Assembly (NCBI GenBank): GCA_965215335.1
Contig: CBDCDA010000001.1
Span: 2,071,151 to 2,135,150, forward strand
DNA from: an uncultured Candidatus Entotheonella sp.
GTDB taxonomy: Bacteria; Tectomicrobia; Entotheonellia; Entotheonellales; Entotheonellaceae
Reading direction: 5' to 3'
Length of the DNA stretch: 64,000 nt
Below are positions 1-10,243 of the stretch, in pieces. Under the pieces are notes generated by a model. That model was not told where the DNA came from. It saw only the letters and a program-made list of their open reading frames with translations, and searched no databases. A program made the position numbers and the translations under genes. The stretch's first letter is position 1, and each line of letters opens with the position of its first letter.

Positions 1-760
1 TGCCGTCGGAGCGCCCGTTGTTGCCCGTGTTGGCCACGATGGCCAAGCGCCCGTCGGGGGTGATGTCGGCGTTGTACGGGTAATCGCCAACCGCCAGGTC
101 CGGCCCGGCGAGGGTGACCTCGGCGCCGTCGAGGGCCAGAAACGATACCTGGTCCGTGCTGGCCTTGTTGATCATCGCCCGTTTGCCGTCCGGCGTGAAC
201 GCCACGTGGGTGACCTGATCGCCCGTTTCCACCTTGCCCTCGAAACGCACCTGCTTGCCTTCGATGCTGAGCACCGACACGGAAGTCTCGGCGCGGTTGG
301 CGACGAGCGCCAGGCGCCCGTCGGGGCTGATGGCCATGCCGGAGGGCTGGCGGCCCACGGTGAGGGTGTCGAGGACCCGCGGCGGATCCGCCTCCAGGTC
401 GATGACGTGCAGTTTGTCGCTGGGCACGAACTTGGGCGGCGCGGCGTCGGGAGCGATCATCACCGCCTCCGTCACCAGCGCCAGGCGGTTGTCCGCGGTG
501 ACGGCCAGATTGGTCGGCGGGCCGAAGATGCTGTTCGGCACCTCAACCGTGGCGCGCAGCGCCGGGCCGTCCGCGCCGATGTCGATGATGGACACGGATT
601 GCACGCCCTGCGGGTCGATCTGCAGCTTGCCGTCGACGACCAGGGCCTTGTTGTCGTTGCCTGCGATGATTACCTGTGCCAGCGGGGCCGAGGGGAATTG
701 GACGGCCAGCGCAACGGCCAGCGGCGCCAGCAGCCAGCGAATGCTTGGAAGGGTTCTCAT
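1..760 (-). CDS. YncE/YVTN-like secreted beta-propeller protein (3' end runs off the window)
   Basis: Manual translation from ATG 760 (GGAGGA RBS upstream): signal peptide MRTLPSIRWLLAPLAVALAV, then repeats such as VGRQPSGMAISPDGRLALVAN and VAFTPDGKRA; not in ORF track because open at window edge. Confidence 0.8.
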   Translation of the reverse strand, partial: MRTLPSIRWLLAPLAVALAVQFPSAPLAQVIIAGNDNKALVVDGKLQIDPQGVQSVSIIDIGADGPALRATVEVPNSIFGPPTNLAVTADNRLALVTEAVMIAPDAAPPKFVPSDKLHVIDLEADPPRVLDTLTVGRQPSGMAISPDGRLALVANRAETSVSVLSIEGKQVRFEGKVETGDQVTHVAFTPDGKRAMINKASTDQVSFLALDGAEVTLAGPDLAVGDYPYNADITPDGRLAIVANTGNNGRSDG

Positions 761-956
761 GGTAGTGGGTTCCTCCAGCTAAATGCCGCGCGATGTTCCT
801 TACCTTGCGTAGGTTTGCCGGATAGGGTCCGTTTCGGGACAACGATTATACCACGCCGGGGTGCGCTCGCCTCTGGCGATCGGCGCCCCTCTCCCCTATG
901 ATGGGCGCTTTCTTCGTTACCCATCGGCCACCCATCCGGAAAGGGGGGAACGTCAT

Positions 957-1745
957 ATGGACCGGGTAGCTGCCGCGGCTGACTTCCTGGTGGAACTTCG
1001 GCGCACACGGGGCGTTGCGGAAGCCCTGCCGCAAGCCTGCCGGCCGGAGGGCACGTCCGCAGCCTACGCCGTGCAGGCCGCTCTCGTCGAACGACTCCTG
1101 GCGCCGTCGCAGGGGCGCGCGGTGGGCTATAAAGTGGCGTGCACCAACAAGCTGGCGCAAGACCTGCTGCGTGTCGCCGGGCCGTTCTGCGGCCGGCTGT
1201 TGTCGCCGACGACCTATGCGGCGCCGGCCCGCCTGTCCGCCGGCGACTTCGTGCACCGTATCATCGAAGCGGAGTTCGCCTTCGAGATGGCCGATACGGT
1301 GCCCGCAGCAGCCGAGCCCTATACCGCGGCATCCATCGCCCCCTTCGTGCGCGCCGTGCTGCCGGCTATCGAGATCGTCGATTGGCACTACCTGGACTGG
1401 ACCACCGCCGGGGCGCTGTCGCTGATCGCCGACAACGCCATCCACGGCGCCTGGATTGCCGGCGAGCCGTGCGCGGCATGGCGCGATCTGGATTTGGCCA
1501 TGCACGACGTGCGGCTCATCGTCAACGGGCACGTCACCACACGAGGCAACGGCGCTGCCGTGCTGGGCCATCCGCTCAACGTGCTGGCCTGGCTCGCCAA
1601 TGAGCTGACCAGGTTCGGCGGCGCCCTGAAGGCCGGGGAGCGGGTCAGCACCGGCGTCTGCACCGACGTTTACGAGGGCAAGGTCGGCGACCATGTGCGG
1701 GCCGATTTCGGCGTCCTGGGTGGGGTCGATCTGGTCTTCGATTAG
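957..1745 (+). CDS. 2-keto-4-pentenoate hydratase-like protein (FAH superfamily)
   Basis: GYKVACT, IEAEFAF, PAIEIVD, LIADNAIHG, VLGHPLNVLAWLAN, LKAGERVSTG motifs; ATG 957 after purine-rich RBS. Confidence 0.85.
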   Translation: MDRVAAAADFLVELRRTRGVAEALPQACRPEGTSAAYAVQAALVERLLAPSQGRAVGYKVACTNKLAQDLLRVAGPFCGRLLSPTTYAAPARLSAGDFVHRIIEAEFAFEMADTVPAAAEPYTAASIAPFVRAVLPAIEIVDWHYLDWTTAGALSLIADNAIHGAWIAGEPCAAWRDLDLAMHDVRLIVNGHVTTRGNGAAVLGHPLNVLAWLANELTRFGGALKAGERVSTGVCTDVYEGKVGDHVRADFGVLGGVDLVFD

Positions 1746-2587
1746 GTTCAGGACTCATAACCAGAAGATGACCGTGGCAGCAATACAGATAGCGCTGTAG
1801 AAAGTGTGCGCACAGCGATCATGGCGTGTGGCGATACGGCGCCAATCCTTGAGGCGACCGAACAGGCGCTCGATGAGATTACGGCTCTTGTAAAGCTCCG
1901 TGTCGTAGACAATCGGCTCTTTACGATTGGCACGGCCTGGAATACAGGGCTTGATCTTGCGCTCGGCAAGCGCCTTGCGCAGCCGGTTGCTGTCATAACC
2001 CTTGTCGGCAATCAGCACGTCGGCCTCCGGCAATGCGGGCGGCGCCATGTCTGCCCCGCGATAGTCGCTGACCCGGCCCGCAGTCAACACCATGACGACG
2101 GGCTTGCCGTCGCCGTCGCAGACGGCGTGAAGTTTCGAGTTGAGGCCGCCGCGGGTACGCCCGACATGGCGCGGAAAAGCCCCCCCCGAGCAGGCTGGCA
2201 GCGGTGCGATGCGCCTTGAGATGCGTGCTGTCGATCATGACGGTCTCGGTGGCCGTGCTGTCGGCGGCCAGGGTTTGGAAGATGCGGTCGAAGACACCGT
2301 CCTTGCTCCAGCCGCACGAAGCGGTTGTAGAGCGTCTTGTGGAGACCGTAGCAGGCGGGCGCGTGGCGCCACATCAGACCGTATCGAATGACGTGGATGA
2401 TGCCGCTGATGACCTTTCGGTCATCGACGCGCGGGACGCCGCGCACCTTGTTGGGTAGCAGGGGTTGGAGTCGGGCAAACTGCGCATCGGAGAGCCAGAA
2501 GTGATGATCGGGCATGATGAACCTCCCCATGGAGTCAGGGTCTTGAATCCGATATGTTCAATGATAACCCTTTATAGGTCCTGAGCC
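1745..2587 (-). mobile_element. IS5-family insertion sequence (IS427-like), probably defective
   Basis: Imperfect terminal IRs GGTTCAGGACTCATAA / TTATAGGTCCTGAGCC flanked by TA on both sides; encloses transposase fragments. Confidence 0.85.
1755..2515 (-). pseudogene. IS5-family transposase, split over three frames
   Basis: FWLSDAQFARLQPLLP..GVPRVDDRKVISGI..YNRFVR | MIDSTHLKAHRTAASL | LIADKGYDS..YKSRNLIERLFGRLKDWRRIATRHDR; extra frameshift near 2312 besides the usual orfA/orfB junction. Confidence 0.8.
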
Positions 2588-2600
2588 TAGGGAGTTGGGG

Positions 2601-3452
2601 ATGGTGGAACGCATGACGTGGCTCATTGTAACAGCCCTGCTCGTCTTCGGCTATACGGCGGTCGTGGCGGCGGACGGCTCCCCAGCGGCAGTTCGGGAAA
2701 TCGCGCGCGGTCACGCCTTGCTGTCGGCGGCGCGTCTGGGGCCGACGGGGAAGGAACGAGAAGCCCTGCTGTCCGAGGCTGTCGAGGCGTTCAAGTCGGG
2801 GTATCGGTGGTTTGGCCGCCACACTCAGATGCGGGCCTTGCTGGGCGCGGCGCAGGGCTATCTGATGATGCAGACGCCGCGTCGCGTCTTTCCATTCCTG
2901 TGGCAGGCGACACCATTGCAGCGTGCAAAGAGAAGTGCGCAACAGGCGATGGTCATGCAGCCGGACAGCCCGGCGGCGGCCTTCCTGCTGGGACTGATCT
3001 ACTGGCGTCAGGCGCAGACCGCCGAAGATCCGGCCGAGACCATGGCGCTAAGCAGCGAATACCTGTCCAAAGCCGCCGGCTTGGGGATGCCCGTGGCGGC
3101 GTCTGGTGCGGCGGACGGCTCGCCGCATGCCTTTCAGATGGGGGATACGGCCCTGGTGCTGCGATACGCCGACGCGCGCGGCACGGGGAAGCCGGAGGAT
3201 CTGCTGTTCATGTATGAGAAGTATGAGAAGGCGGAGAAGCGGTATGTCGGCGTTGTCGTGACAATGGGCAAGGCGTACCCGCTGGTCGCGGATGCGGTGA
3301 CCGGGACAGTGGCCGACGGCTTATTTGGAAGGATCAGCGTCGAAGCGCAGCCGCAAGGTGCGCCGCGAATCGTCATCCATGCCCGGCAGGGGGGCCGGCA
3401 AATCGTCGTGTCGTTCGCGTGGAATGGCGGTAGGTTCGTATCGTCAGACTGA
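2601..3452 (+). CDS. Hypothetical exported protein with N-terminal helical/TPR-like region
   Basis: Signal peptide-like TWLIVTALLVFGYTAVVAA; helical segments such as PDSPAAAFLLGLIYWRQ; start uncertain (2595/2601/2613). Confidence 0.6.
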   Translation: MVERMTWLIVTALLVFGYTAVVAADGSPAAVREIARGHALLSAARLGPTGKEREALLSEAVEAFKSGYRWFGRHTQMRALLGAAQGYLMMQTPRRVFPFLWQATPLQRAKRSAQQAMVMQPDSPAAAFLLGLIYWRQAQTAEDPAETMALSSEYLSKAAGLGMPVAASGAADGSPHAFQMGDTALVLRYADARGTGKPEDLLFMYEKYEKAEKRYVGVVVTMGKAYPLVADAVTGTVADGLFGRISVEAQPQGAPRIVIHARQGGRQIVVSFAWNGGRFVSSD

Positions 3453-3466
3453 CTCGGGGCAGGGGT

Positions 3467-4255
3467 TCATCGCGATGGCAGGAAGGTGGACCCCGAAGCA
3501 ACGAGGCGTTGCAGTTGCGGGGACAAGAGGGCGACGTCGAGAACCGGCTCGCCGGCAACGTCCTCGACCAGCGCCACCACCGCGTAGGTGAAGCGCAGGG
3601 ACTGGGCCATTTGGCGCAGAAGGCTTGGCGACACGCCATTTTCCAGGGGGGTGTCGTGTTCGAGGGACCACAGGAGAATGCGGTTGGCGGTGACGACGCG
3701 GAAGCGTCCGTTGGCCTCGAGCGCCGCTTGCAGCGCCGTCGTCCAGCGCCCGTGCGGGAGACGCTGCGACGTCGTGTTGGCAACGGGCAAAACCCCCAAG
3801 GCCACCGGCCCCGAGGTGATGCGAACCTTGTCGCCGCGTCGTGCCTCGGTGCCGGGCAGCGCCAGCAATTGCGCCAGCGCGTAACGCTCGAAGACCTGCT
3901 CGACGGTAACGTAGCCGATAGCCTCCTCCAGCCGGTTGACCGCCTGCTCGGTATCGGTTTCAAGGGCGGTTTTCCGCGACCGGAGCAGGGTCAGTTGCAG
4001 TCCTGGCAGGAGATGATCGCGGGCTCCGAGGCTCAGGAAGACGGCGCCGCCTTCCACCTTGACCACCTCTCCGGTCACTTTGGGAAAATAGCGGGCAAGC
4101 TGCTCGGCCACGTCCGCAAAGACCGCTGCGTCGGATTGCGACCAGGCGCTGCCATAAGGCGCCAGCAACAGCAGCGCGAGGCACGGCAGCCATATGAGGC
4201 ATCGCAGCGGTCTGTTCCGGTTCACAGCCTTGTCTCGGGTGGTGGCCACTGTCAT
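3467..4255 (-). CDS. Hypothetical periplasmic protein with FlgT C-terminal-like beta domain
   Basis: Signal peptide LLLLAPYGSAWSQ; GEVVKVEGGAVFLSLG..G..L...IGYVTVEQV pattern; start uncertain. Confidence 0.55.
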   Translation of the reverse strand: MTVATTRDKAVNRNRPLRCLIWLPCLALLLLAPYGSAWSQSDAAVFADVAEQLARYFPKVTGEVVKVEGGAVFLSLGARDHLLPGLQLTLLRSRKTALETDTEQAVNRLEEAIGYVTVEQVFERYALAQLLALPGTEARRGDKVRITSGPVALGVLPVANTTSQRLPHGRWTTALQAALEANGRFRVVTANRILLWSLEHDTPLENGVSPSLLRQMAQSLRFTYAVVALVEDVAGEPVLDVALLSPQLQRLVASGSTFLPSR

Positions 4256-4365
4256 CTTCCCATCCTGATACGGGCTCGAAAACGGCGGCGAGCGTATCAC
4301 CGCCACCGAGAGGGTGTCAACCGCTCGACCTCGGCCCGGTCTCCACCGCGCGGGGAGAACAATCT

Positions 4366-4788
4366 ATGCCCCTCCTGACCCGATACTTTCTCAAAACCGC
4401 CATGCTCTACTTCGTTGCAAGCTCATGTCTGGGCGGCTATCTGCTCATCGCGGTGGGTCTGCAACACAGCACGCCGCTGGTCCTGCAGCCGGTATACTGG
4501 CACATGCTGCTCGTCGGTTGGCTCCTGCAACTCATTTTCGGCGTCGCCTACTGGATGTTCCCGCCCTTCGCCAAGGGGCAACCGCACCGCAACCCAGCGC
4601 TGGCATGGCTCACCTACGCGGCGCTGAACGTTGGCTTGCTGGTGCGGGTGATCGTCGAACCCTGGCACGGCGTGTGGCCGCAACCGGGTCTGGGATGGCT
4701 GTTGGTGGGCTCGGCGGTGTTGCAGGTGGCAGCGGGGTGGACGTTTTTGATCACCATCTGGTCGCGCATTCGCGGGCGGAGGCGTTGA
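4366..4788 (+). CDS. Four-TM membrane protein with conserved His (heme-copper oxidase subunit I-like repeat)
   Basis: Hydrophobic helices; HMLLVGWLLQLIFGVAYWMFP motif; GGAG RBS. Confidence 0.7.
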   Translation: MPLLTRYFLKTAMLYFVASSCLGGYLLIAVGLQHSTPLVLQPVYWHMLLVGWLLQLIFGVAYWMFPPFAKGQPHRNPALAWLTYAALNVGLLVRVIVEPWHGVWPQPGLGWLLVGSAVLQVAAGWTFLITIWSRIRGRRR

Positions 4789-4792
4789 AGGT

Positions 4793-5227
4793 ATGCCCAG
4801 GCTCAGCCGGTTCTTCCTGCGGGTCGGTTTTATCTGCCTGGCGGTCGGCATGATGGCGGGTGGGTTGATCCTGGTGCAGAAGGGCACCGGCCGCTTCCCC
4901 GTCTTCTGGGTACTGCTGCCGGCGCACGTCTATCTCGTGCTGGTGGGCGGCGTGACGCAGTGCGCACTCGGGGTGAGCCACTGGATTCTGCCACGCCTGG
5001 GAGCGGGCAAAGGCCGCGGGAACACGGCGCTGGCATGGTCGAGCTACTGGGCGCTCAACACCGCCATCCTTCTGGTCGCCTTGCACCCGGCAGTCGAGGT
5101 TGCCTTGGGAGCACCCGCCGCCGGGGCGGCTTTCGTATGCGGCGGTATCCTGCAGGGCGCGGCCGCCGTCGCCTTCGCGCTGCACGCTTGGCCGCGCATT
5201 CGTCCCTCGCAGGTCAACCCTCGTTAG
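4793..5227 (+). CDS. Four-TM membrane protein, paralogue of the upstream gene
   Basis: HVYLVLVGGVTQCALGVSHWILP motif parallels upstream gene; 4-bp gap. Confidence 0.7.
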   Translation: MPRLSRFFLRVGFICLAVGMMAGGLILVQKGTGRFPVFWVLLPAHVYLVLVGGVTQCALGVSHWILPRLGAGKGRGNTALAWSSYWALNTAILLVALHPAVEVALGAPAAGAAFVCGGILQGAAAVAFALHAWPRIRPSQVNPR

Positions 5228-5399
5228 CCCACAGGACGGGTTGAAGCGATGCCGGCAGGAGGCGACACATTGGGGGCACGGCTGGTGACTTGCCATCAGG
5301 GCGAAACGATGGACTCCGCGTCTCGACCTCACGACCCGAACGGACCGGGCATGCCACCGCCTTTCGGCATCCGACCCTGCGAAGAAGCGGCGGGTTCTC

Positions 5400-5765
5400 G
5401 GTCACCCGGCAGCTCTGGCGTTGGCCGGCCTTCTGTCCCTGGCGATTGCCATCGGGGATCGGTCGTTTCGTTTATACGCCGATCTTGCCTTATATGACCG
5501 CAGGCTTGGGACTCGGCAAATCGGAAGCGGGCCTCATTGCATCGACCAATTTCTGGGATACCTGCTGGGCGCCCTCGCAGCCGCCTGGAGAGCCGTGCCG
5601 GGCGACCCACGCTACTGGCTGCTCGGCGTTTTGGCGGTAGGCGGGCTCAGCACCGGCACCATGGCGTTGGCAACGAGCCCAGGCCCGTTCTTGCTTCGCG
5701 CCTTACGAGTGGTGCTGCCGGCGCGCTGGTGCTGGCGTCTTCATTGGTCATGGACCGGTTCGTCA
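5400..5765 (+). pseudogene. YbfB/YjiJ-family MFS transporter N-terminal remnant
   Basis: Pieces in different frames: [12 protein letters not shown] / [28 protein letters not shown] / [11 protein letters not shown] / RLTSGAAGALVLASS. Confidence 0.75.
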
Positions 5766-6758
5766 TCCGACCAGGCGTTCCAGGATGCGGGTGGTTTCGT
5801 CCGACGGCGCGTCTACCTGCACGGTGTGCATGTCGATTCCCGCTTCCGCCTGCGCTTCCAGGCGGTCCAGGCAGGCTTCCAGCGATGCGGCGAAAAAGAG
5901 GCTGTCGACGAGGTCGTCGGGCACCGCGGCGGTTCCGGCGGCGCGGCCGCCCTTGTCCCAGGCGGCGCGAATGGTCTGCACGGCGGCGCCATGGCCCAAG
6001 CGGGTGAGTTGCTCGCGGTAGTAATCGCCCATGTTGGTGACGTAAAACGCAATGTGGCTCTTGCCTTCCTGGCGATAGGCTTCGACGTTGCGGGTCACGG
6101 TGACGCTGCCCGGACTGCGCACGGTGATACTGCCGGGGTCGCGGCCCGCCGTCGACACCTGCTGGCGGAACGCCTTCACCTCCTGCCCGAGTTGCCCTAG
6201 CGGAATGAGAACCGGCATCCAGCCGTCGGCCAGCCGGGCGGTCTGGGCGACGCTCTTGGGCGTCAGCGAGGCGATGAAAATCGGGATGTCAGCGCGCCGA
6301 GGCTCGAAGCGCAGCCGGAAGCCACGCTGCAGCGTGAACACCTTGCCCTCGTAGTGCAGCGGCTCCTGGGCGAGGATCATGCGGATAATCTCGATGTATT
6401 CACGCAGCCGCGTCAGGGACGGCTGGAAGGGCACCCCGTGCCAGTGCTCGATAACGCGGTAGCCGCTGGTGCCGAGGCCGATCAGCATGCGCCCGTCACT
6501 CAGTTCGTCGAGGGTGGCGAAGTGCTGCGCCAGGGCCGCCGGGGTACGCGAGTAGGTGTTGACGATGCCACTGCCGAGCGTGATGCGCTTCGTTTCACGG
6601 GCCAGCACCGCCAGCATGGTGAAGCAATCGCGTCCCCACGCTTCCGGCACCCACACCGTATCCACCCCCGCGTCGTCGGCCGCGCGCACCCGCGCAATGC
6701 CCTGTTCCCAGTCGAATGGCCCCTGCCAGTTAAACCCTACGGACAGCCGCCGTGCCAT
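5763..6758 (-). CDS. LLM-class (luciferase-like, possibly F420-dependent) oxidoreductase
   Basis: VWVPEAWGRD, TKRITLGSGI..YSRTPAALAQHFATLDELSDGRMLIGLG, LADGWMP. Confidence 0.9.
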   Translation of the reverse strand: MARRLSVGFNWQGPFDWEQGIARVRAADDAGVDTVWVPEAWGRDCFTMLAVLARETKRITLGSGIVNTYSRTPAALAQHFATLDELSDGRMLIGLGTSGYRVIEHWHGVPFQPSLTRLREYIEIIRMILAQEPLHYEGKVFTLQRGFRLRFEPRRADIPIFIASLTPKSVAQTARLADGWMPVLIPLGQLGQEVKAFRQQVSTAGRDPGSITVRSPGSVTVTRNVEAYRQEGKSHIAFYVTNMGDYYREQLTRLGHGAAVQTIRAAWDKGGRAAGTAAVPDDLVDSLFFAASLEACLDRLEAQAEAGIDMHTVQVDAPSDETTRILERLVG

Positions 6759-6790
6759 GCGTTGCTCCTTGTCTGATTAAGGCTATTGAA

Positions 6791-7831
6791 TTATTGACCG
6801 TTGAGAATGCTGCACATGATATCGGCGGCCCGTTCCACCTGGTGGCGGCTGACGTCGAGGTGCGTCACCAGGCGCATGCCGTGGCGCCCCATGGCGAGGG
6901 CCATAACGCCGCGCTGCCACATCGCCACCGCCAGGCCGGGCGCGTCCACGCGCGCCTCGTCGGGGTCGAGTTGCAGGTAGATGATGTTGGTTTCCACGCC
7001 GGACGGCTCGACGCGCAAGCCGGGAGCGCCGCTGATGCGTTCGGCGAGCAGCTTGGCGTGCAGATGATCGTCGGCGAGGCGTTCGACGTTGTTCTCCAGC
7101 GCGTAGATGCCCGCGGCGGCCAGGATGCCGGCCTGGCGCATGCCACCGCCGAACATCTTGCGGTAGCGCTGCGCCTTGCGGATGACATCGTCGCTGGCGG
7201 CAATGACGGAGCCGACCGGCGCGCCCAGTCCCTTGGACAGGCACAGCGTGCACGAATCGAAATACCGGGTGATCTCGGTCGCCTGCAGGCCGGAGGCCAC
7301 GGTGGCGTTCATCAGGCGGGCGCCGTCGAGGTGCATGACGAGCCCTTCGGCGCGGGCCACGTCGTGGATGTCCTTGACGCGGTCCATGGGATAGACGGTC
7401 CCGCCGCCGCGGTTGTGGGTATTTTCCAGCGACACCAGGCGGGTCGGGGCGTTATGCACGTCGTTGCCGTGGCGAATCACCCGCGCCACCTGCTCGGCGG
7501 ACAGCACGCCGCGCTGACCGTCCAGCAGGTTGACCTGGACGCCGGACAGCGCCGCCAAACCGCCGGACTCGCTGTTGAACGGGTGGCTGGTACGCTCCAT
7601 GATGATCTCGTCGCCGGGCTGCGTGTGCACCTTGATGGAGATCTGATTGGCCATGGTGCCGGAGGGCACGTACAGTGCCGCTTCCTTGCCCAGCACTTGC
7701 GCGGCGAGTTCCTGCAACCGGTTGACGGACGGGTCCTCGCCGAATACGTCGTCGCCGACCTCGGCCTCGGCCATGGCGCGGCGCATCTCCGGAGACGGTT
7801 TGCTAACGGTATCGCTGCGCAAATCGATCAT
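6791..7831 (-). CDS. ltaE: Low-specificity L-threonine aldolase
   Basis: [62 protein letters not shown]. Confidence 0.95.
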   Translation of the reverse strand: MIDLRSDTVSKPSPEMRRAMAEAEVGDDVFGEDPSVNRLQELAAQVLGKEAALYVPSGTMANQISIKVHTQPGDEIIMERTSHPFNSESGGLAALSGVQVNLLDGQRGVLSAEQVARVIRHGNDVHNAPTRLVSLENTHNRGGGTVYPMDRVKDIHDVARAEGLVMHLDGARLMNATVASGLQATEITRYFDSCTLCLSKGLGAPVGSVIAASDDVIRKAQRYRKMFGGGMRQAGILAAAGIYALENNVERLADDHLHAKLLAERISGAPGLRVEPSGVETNIIYLQLDPDEARVDAPGLAVAMWQRGVMALAMGRHGMRLVTHLDVSRHQVERAADIMCSILNGQ

Positions 7832-8679
7832 GAGCGCGCCTCCTCCTGCTGATGCCATTCACCGCTGAACACCTCCACGGCCGGACCGGTCATCAAGACC
7901 TGGTTGTCGCTCGTCTGCCATTCCAATTCCAGGGGACCGCCGAGCAGATGCGCGGTGACCCGCCGGTCCGTACGCCCGGTGAGGTGGCACGCCACCGCGG
8001 CGGCCGAGGCGCCGGTGCCGCAGGCGAGCGTTTCGCCGGAGCCGCGTTCCCAGACGCGCATGCTGAACGATTCCCGGTCGTGCACCTGGATGAACTCGGT
8101 GTTGACCCCCTCCGGGAACACGTCGTGGTGCTCGAAATGCGGCCCCCAGCGGGCCACGTCGAAGTTGTCAACGTCTTCCACGAACACCACGCAGTGCGGG
8201 TTGCCCATGGATACCGCGGTGACGTCGAAGCTGGTGCCGGCGACGAGGAGCGGTTCGTTAATGACTTCGCCCGGCCCGCCCTGCATGGGAATTTGCGCCC
8301 GTTGCAGACGGGGCTCGCCCATCTTGACGCACACCCTATCCACCGCGCCGTCGGCGACAAGCAGATCCAGGTTCAGAACGCCCGCCCGGGTCTCGACATC
8401 CAGGCTGGTGCGACGGACGATATCGTGATCGTAGACGTATTTGGCTACGCAGCGGATACCATTGCCGCACATTTGCGCCTCGCTGCCGTCGGCGTTGAAC
8501 ATGCGCATGCGGCAATCGGCTTTGTCGGAGGGCAGGATGAGGATCAGGCCATCGGCGCCGATGCCGAAATGCCGATCGCTCACCGCCCGCGCAATCGCGG
8601 CGGGGTCGTCGACTTGTTCGTCGAAACCGTTGACGTACACGTAATCGTTACCAAGTCCATGCATTTTGGTGAAGCGCAT
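7828..8679 (-). CDS. dapF: Diaminopimelate epimerase
   Basis: [40 protein letters not shown]. Confidence 0.97.
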   Translation of the reverse strand: MRFTKMHGLGNDYVYVNGFDEQVDDPAAIARAVSDRHFGIGADGLILILPSDKADCRMRMFNADGSEAQMCGNGIRCVAKYVYDHDIVRRTSLDVETRAGVLNLDLLVADGAVDRVCVKMGEPRLQRAQIPMQGGPGEVINEPLLVAGTSFDVTAVSMGNPHCVVFVEDVDNFDVARWGPHFEHHDVFPEGVNTEFIQVHDRESFSMRVWERGSGETLACGTGASAAAVACHLTGRTDRRVTAHLLGGPLELEWQTSDNQVLMTGPAVEVFSGEWHQQEEARS

Positions 8680-8983
8680 GCCACCATCCCCGCATCTGAT
8701 GATCGTCTCGGAGGCCACTGGTCAAAGGACTGCGTGTTTCTCGGTCCCGGTACGGTGGCAAAACCCCGCACGGTTTGTCAAGCCGAGAATGGTTTGACTT
8801 CATGGTTTGACTTCATTGACGACACTCCATAACCTGCCGCCCCTATTTTCCAGACTGCCTTGTACAAGCTGTACAAGCTCCGGGGATTGACTCCCCAGCC
8901 AAGTTCGATCCACTGGCGCTAACGCTCCAAGGAGCCGGGGCGAGTCGTCCTGAGCGTTCCTTGATCAGGAGGGGTACGACGCG

Positions 8984-9262
8984 GTGCGGAGGGCAAGCTT
9001 TTGCCTGCTCACAGGGCTGGCGATGCAGATTTTCATCCTGCAGGAACTCTCCGCTTCTGCTGACACCGCGCGCAAGAAGGTCCTCAGGATCGCCTGTGAG
9101 GAGCAGGAAACCCTCGCCCCCCACGTGGCGATTCTCGGGCAGACGCAGGCCAGCTTGCGAATCCTGTATCGCGGCCTGACTCGTTTCGCCATCAAGGAGG
9201 TCAGTGAAACGGCACCGGACAGCACGGAGGTCGTCAAGCAGCAGGAATGGAACGTCGGATGA
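8984..9262 (+). pseudogene. Truncated N-terminus of a family-5 (peptide/nickel-type) ABC substrate-binding protein
   Basis: AGGAGG RBS, signal-like N-terminus, KKVLRIA..ETLAPH..GQTQ..LYRGLTRF resembles the SBP_bac_5 start; ends after 92 aa inside a REP hairpin. Confidence 0.5.
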
Positions 9263-9284
9263 CGCTTTCGCTAATCCGACCTGC
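9254..9284 (-). repeat. GTAG-type REP-like palindrome, copy 1
   Basis: Reverse complement GCAGGTCGGATTAGCGAAAGCGTCATCCGAC; matches copies at 60577, 61319, 63846. Confidence 0.75.
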
Positions 9285-9322
9285 CGGTTGATCCGAAAGT
9301 TCTGCGGGACATCATCCGAGTT

Positions 9323-9877
9323 TCAGCGAGCGCCGCAGTCCGTTACGAGTTCGTAGGATTCGACAACGCGATTGCCATTCACCCTCAATGCGATGGCCGG
9401 CTCACAGGGGGGATTGAGCTGGGCGGTGCTGTTTTGGACCAGGCCCAGCATGCCTTCCAGCTCTTCGGGAAATGCTTTGAGACGTTCGTACAGTTCGGGG
9501 CAGACACCTTCGGGGTTTATTTTGGGGTACCAGTCGGCATAGGCGTTACCCTGGTAGAAGTAGATTTGCGAATCGATGAGACGCTGCCTTCCCTGAAGGG
9601 GAATTCCCATCCCCTCTTGCGTCCAGAGTTCCAGGCGCACAAAGGCTTCGGCAACCACGAAAGCCTTGCCGTCTTGAAGACCGGTATACGGGACGCTCTT
9701 ACAGTCCGTACCCGTACTGAAACTGTAGAGATTTTCTCGGGTAACGACGACCCTCGACCCCTGCTGGCCCGTCTCCATGCCCTGGGCAAAACTCATCAGA
9801 GCAAAACCGGCCAACAATGCAAAGCCCGAGTAAACCTTCCAGCTTTTCTGAACACCAACGGTCATTTTATTGTCCAT
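9323..9877 (-). CDS. Hypothetical exported protein, visibly lower GC
   Basis: Open 184-codon frame with signal-like FALLAGFALMSFAQG, four Cys; GAGG RBS before ATG 9877. Confidence 0.6.
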   Translation of the reverse strand: MDNKMTVGVQKSWKVYSGFALLAGFALMSFAQGMETGQQGSRVVVTRENLYSFSTGTDCKSVPYTGLQDGKAFVVAEAFVRLELWTQEGMGIPLQGRQRLIDSQIYFYQGNAYADWYPKINPEGVCPELYERLKAFPEELEGMLGLVQNSTAQLNPPCEPAIALRVNGNRVVESYELVTDCGAR

Positions 9878-10053
9878 TATGTTTCCTCGCCGCCTCCCTC
9901 GCCACAAACACCCTGCCAACTTTGCCGCAAGTATTTGCCGCACAGTAGCAGAGTCGTTTCAGAACATAAAGACAGGGCATCTGCCAGAGTAAGCGCTATC
10001 GCATATGAGGATTGCCCGTAATAACCATGCGACGCTCCATAAGCCCGTCTGCA

Positions 10054-10094
10054 CGTCATGCCGGGCTTGACCCGGCACCCACGGCGGCATGACG
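10054..10094 (+). repeat. Palindromic repeat element (GTCATGCCGGGCTTGACCCGGCA type)
   Basis: Outer IR CGTCATGCCG..CGGCATGACG with inner hairpin CCGGG-CTTGA-CCCGG; related copy at 63141. Confidence 0.6.
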
Positions 10095-10243
10095 CCACGG
10101 TGGACACCAATCAATCTTGAACGGCTGTATCCGCATGGCGCCCTCTGCGCTTGCCCTGGACTGGAAAGGTGCGACTCCAGTCCGGATGGGTTTTATGCTA
10201 GGATGCCAAGCTGTTCCCACAGATTCTCGATGGAGGAACGGAC

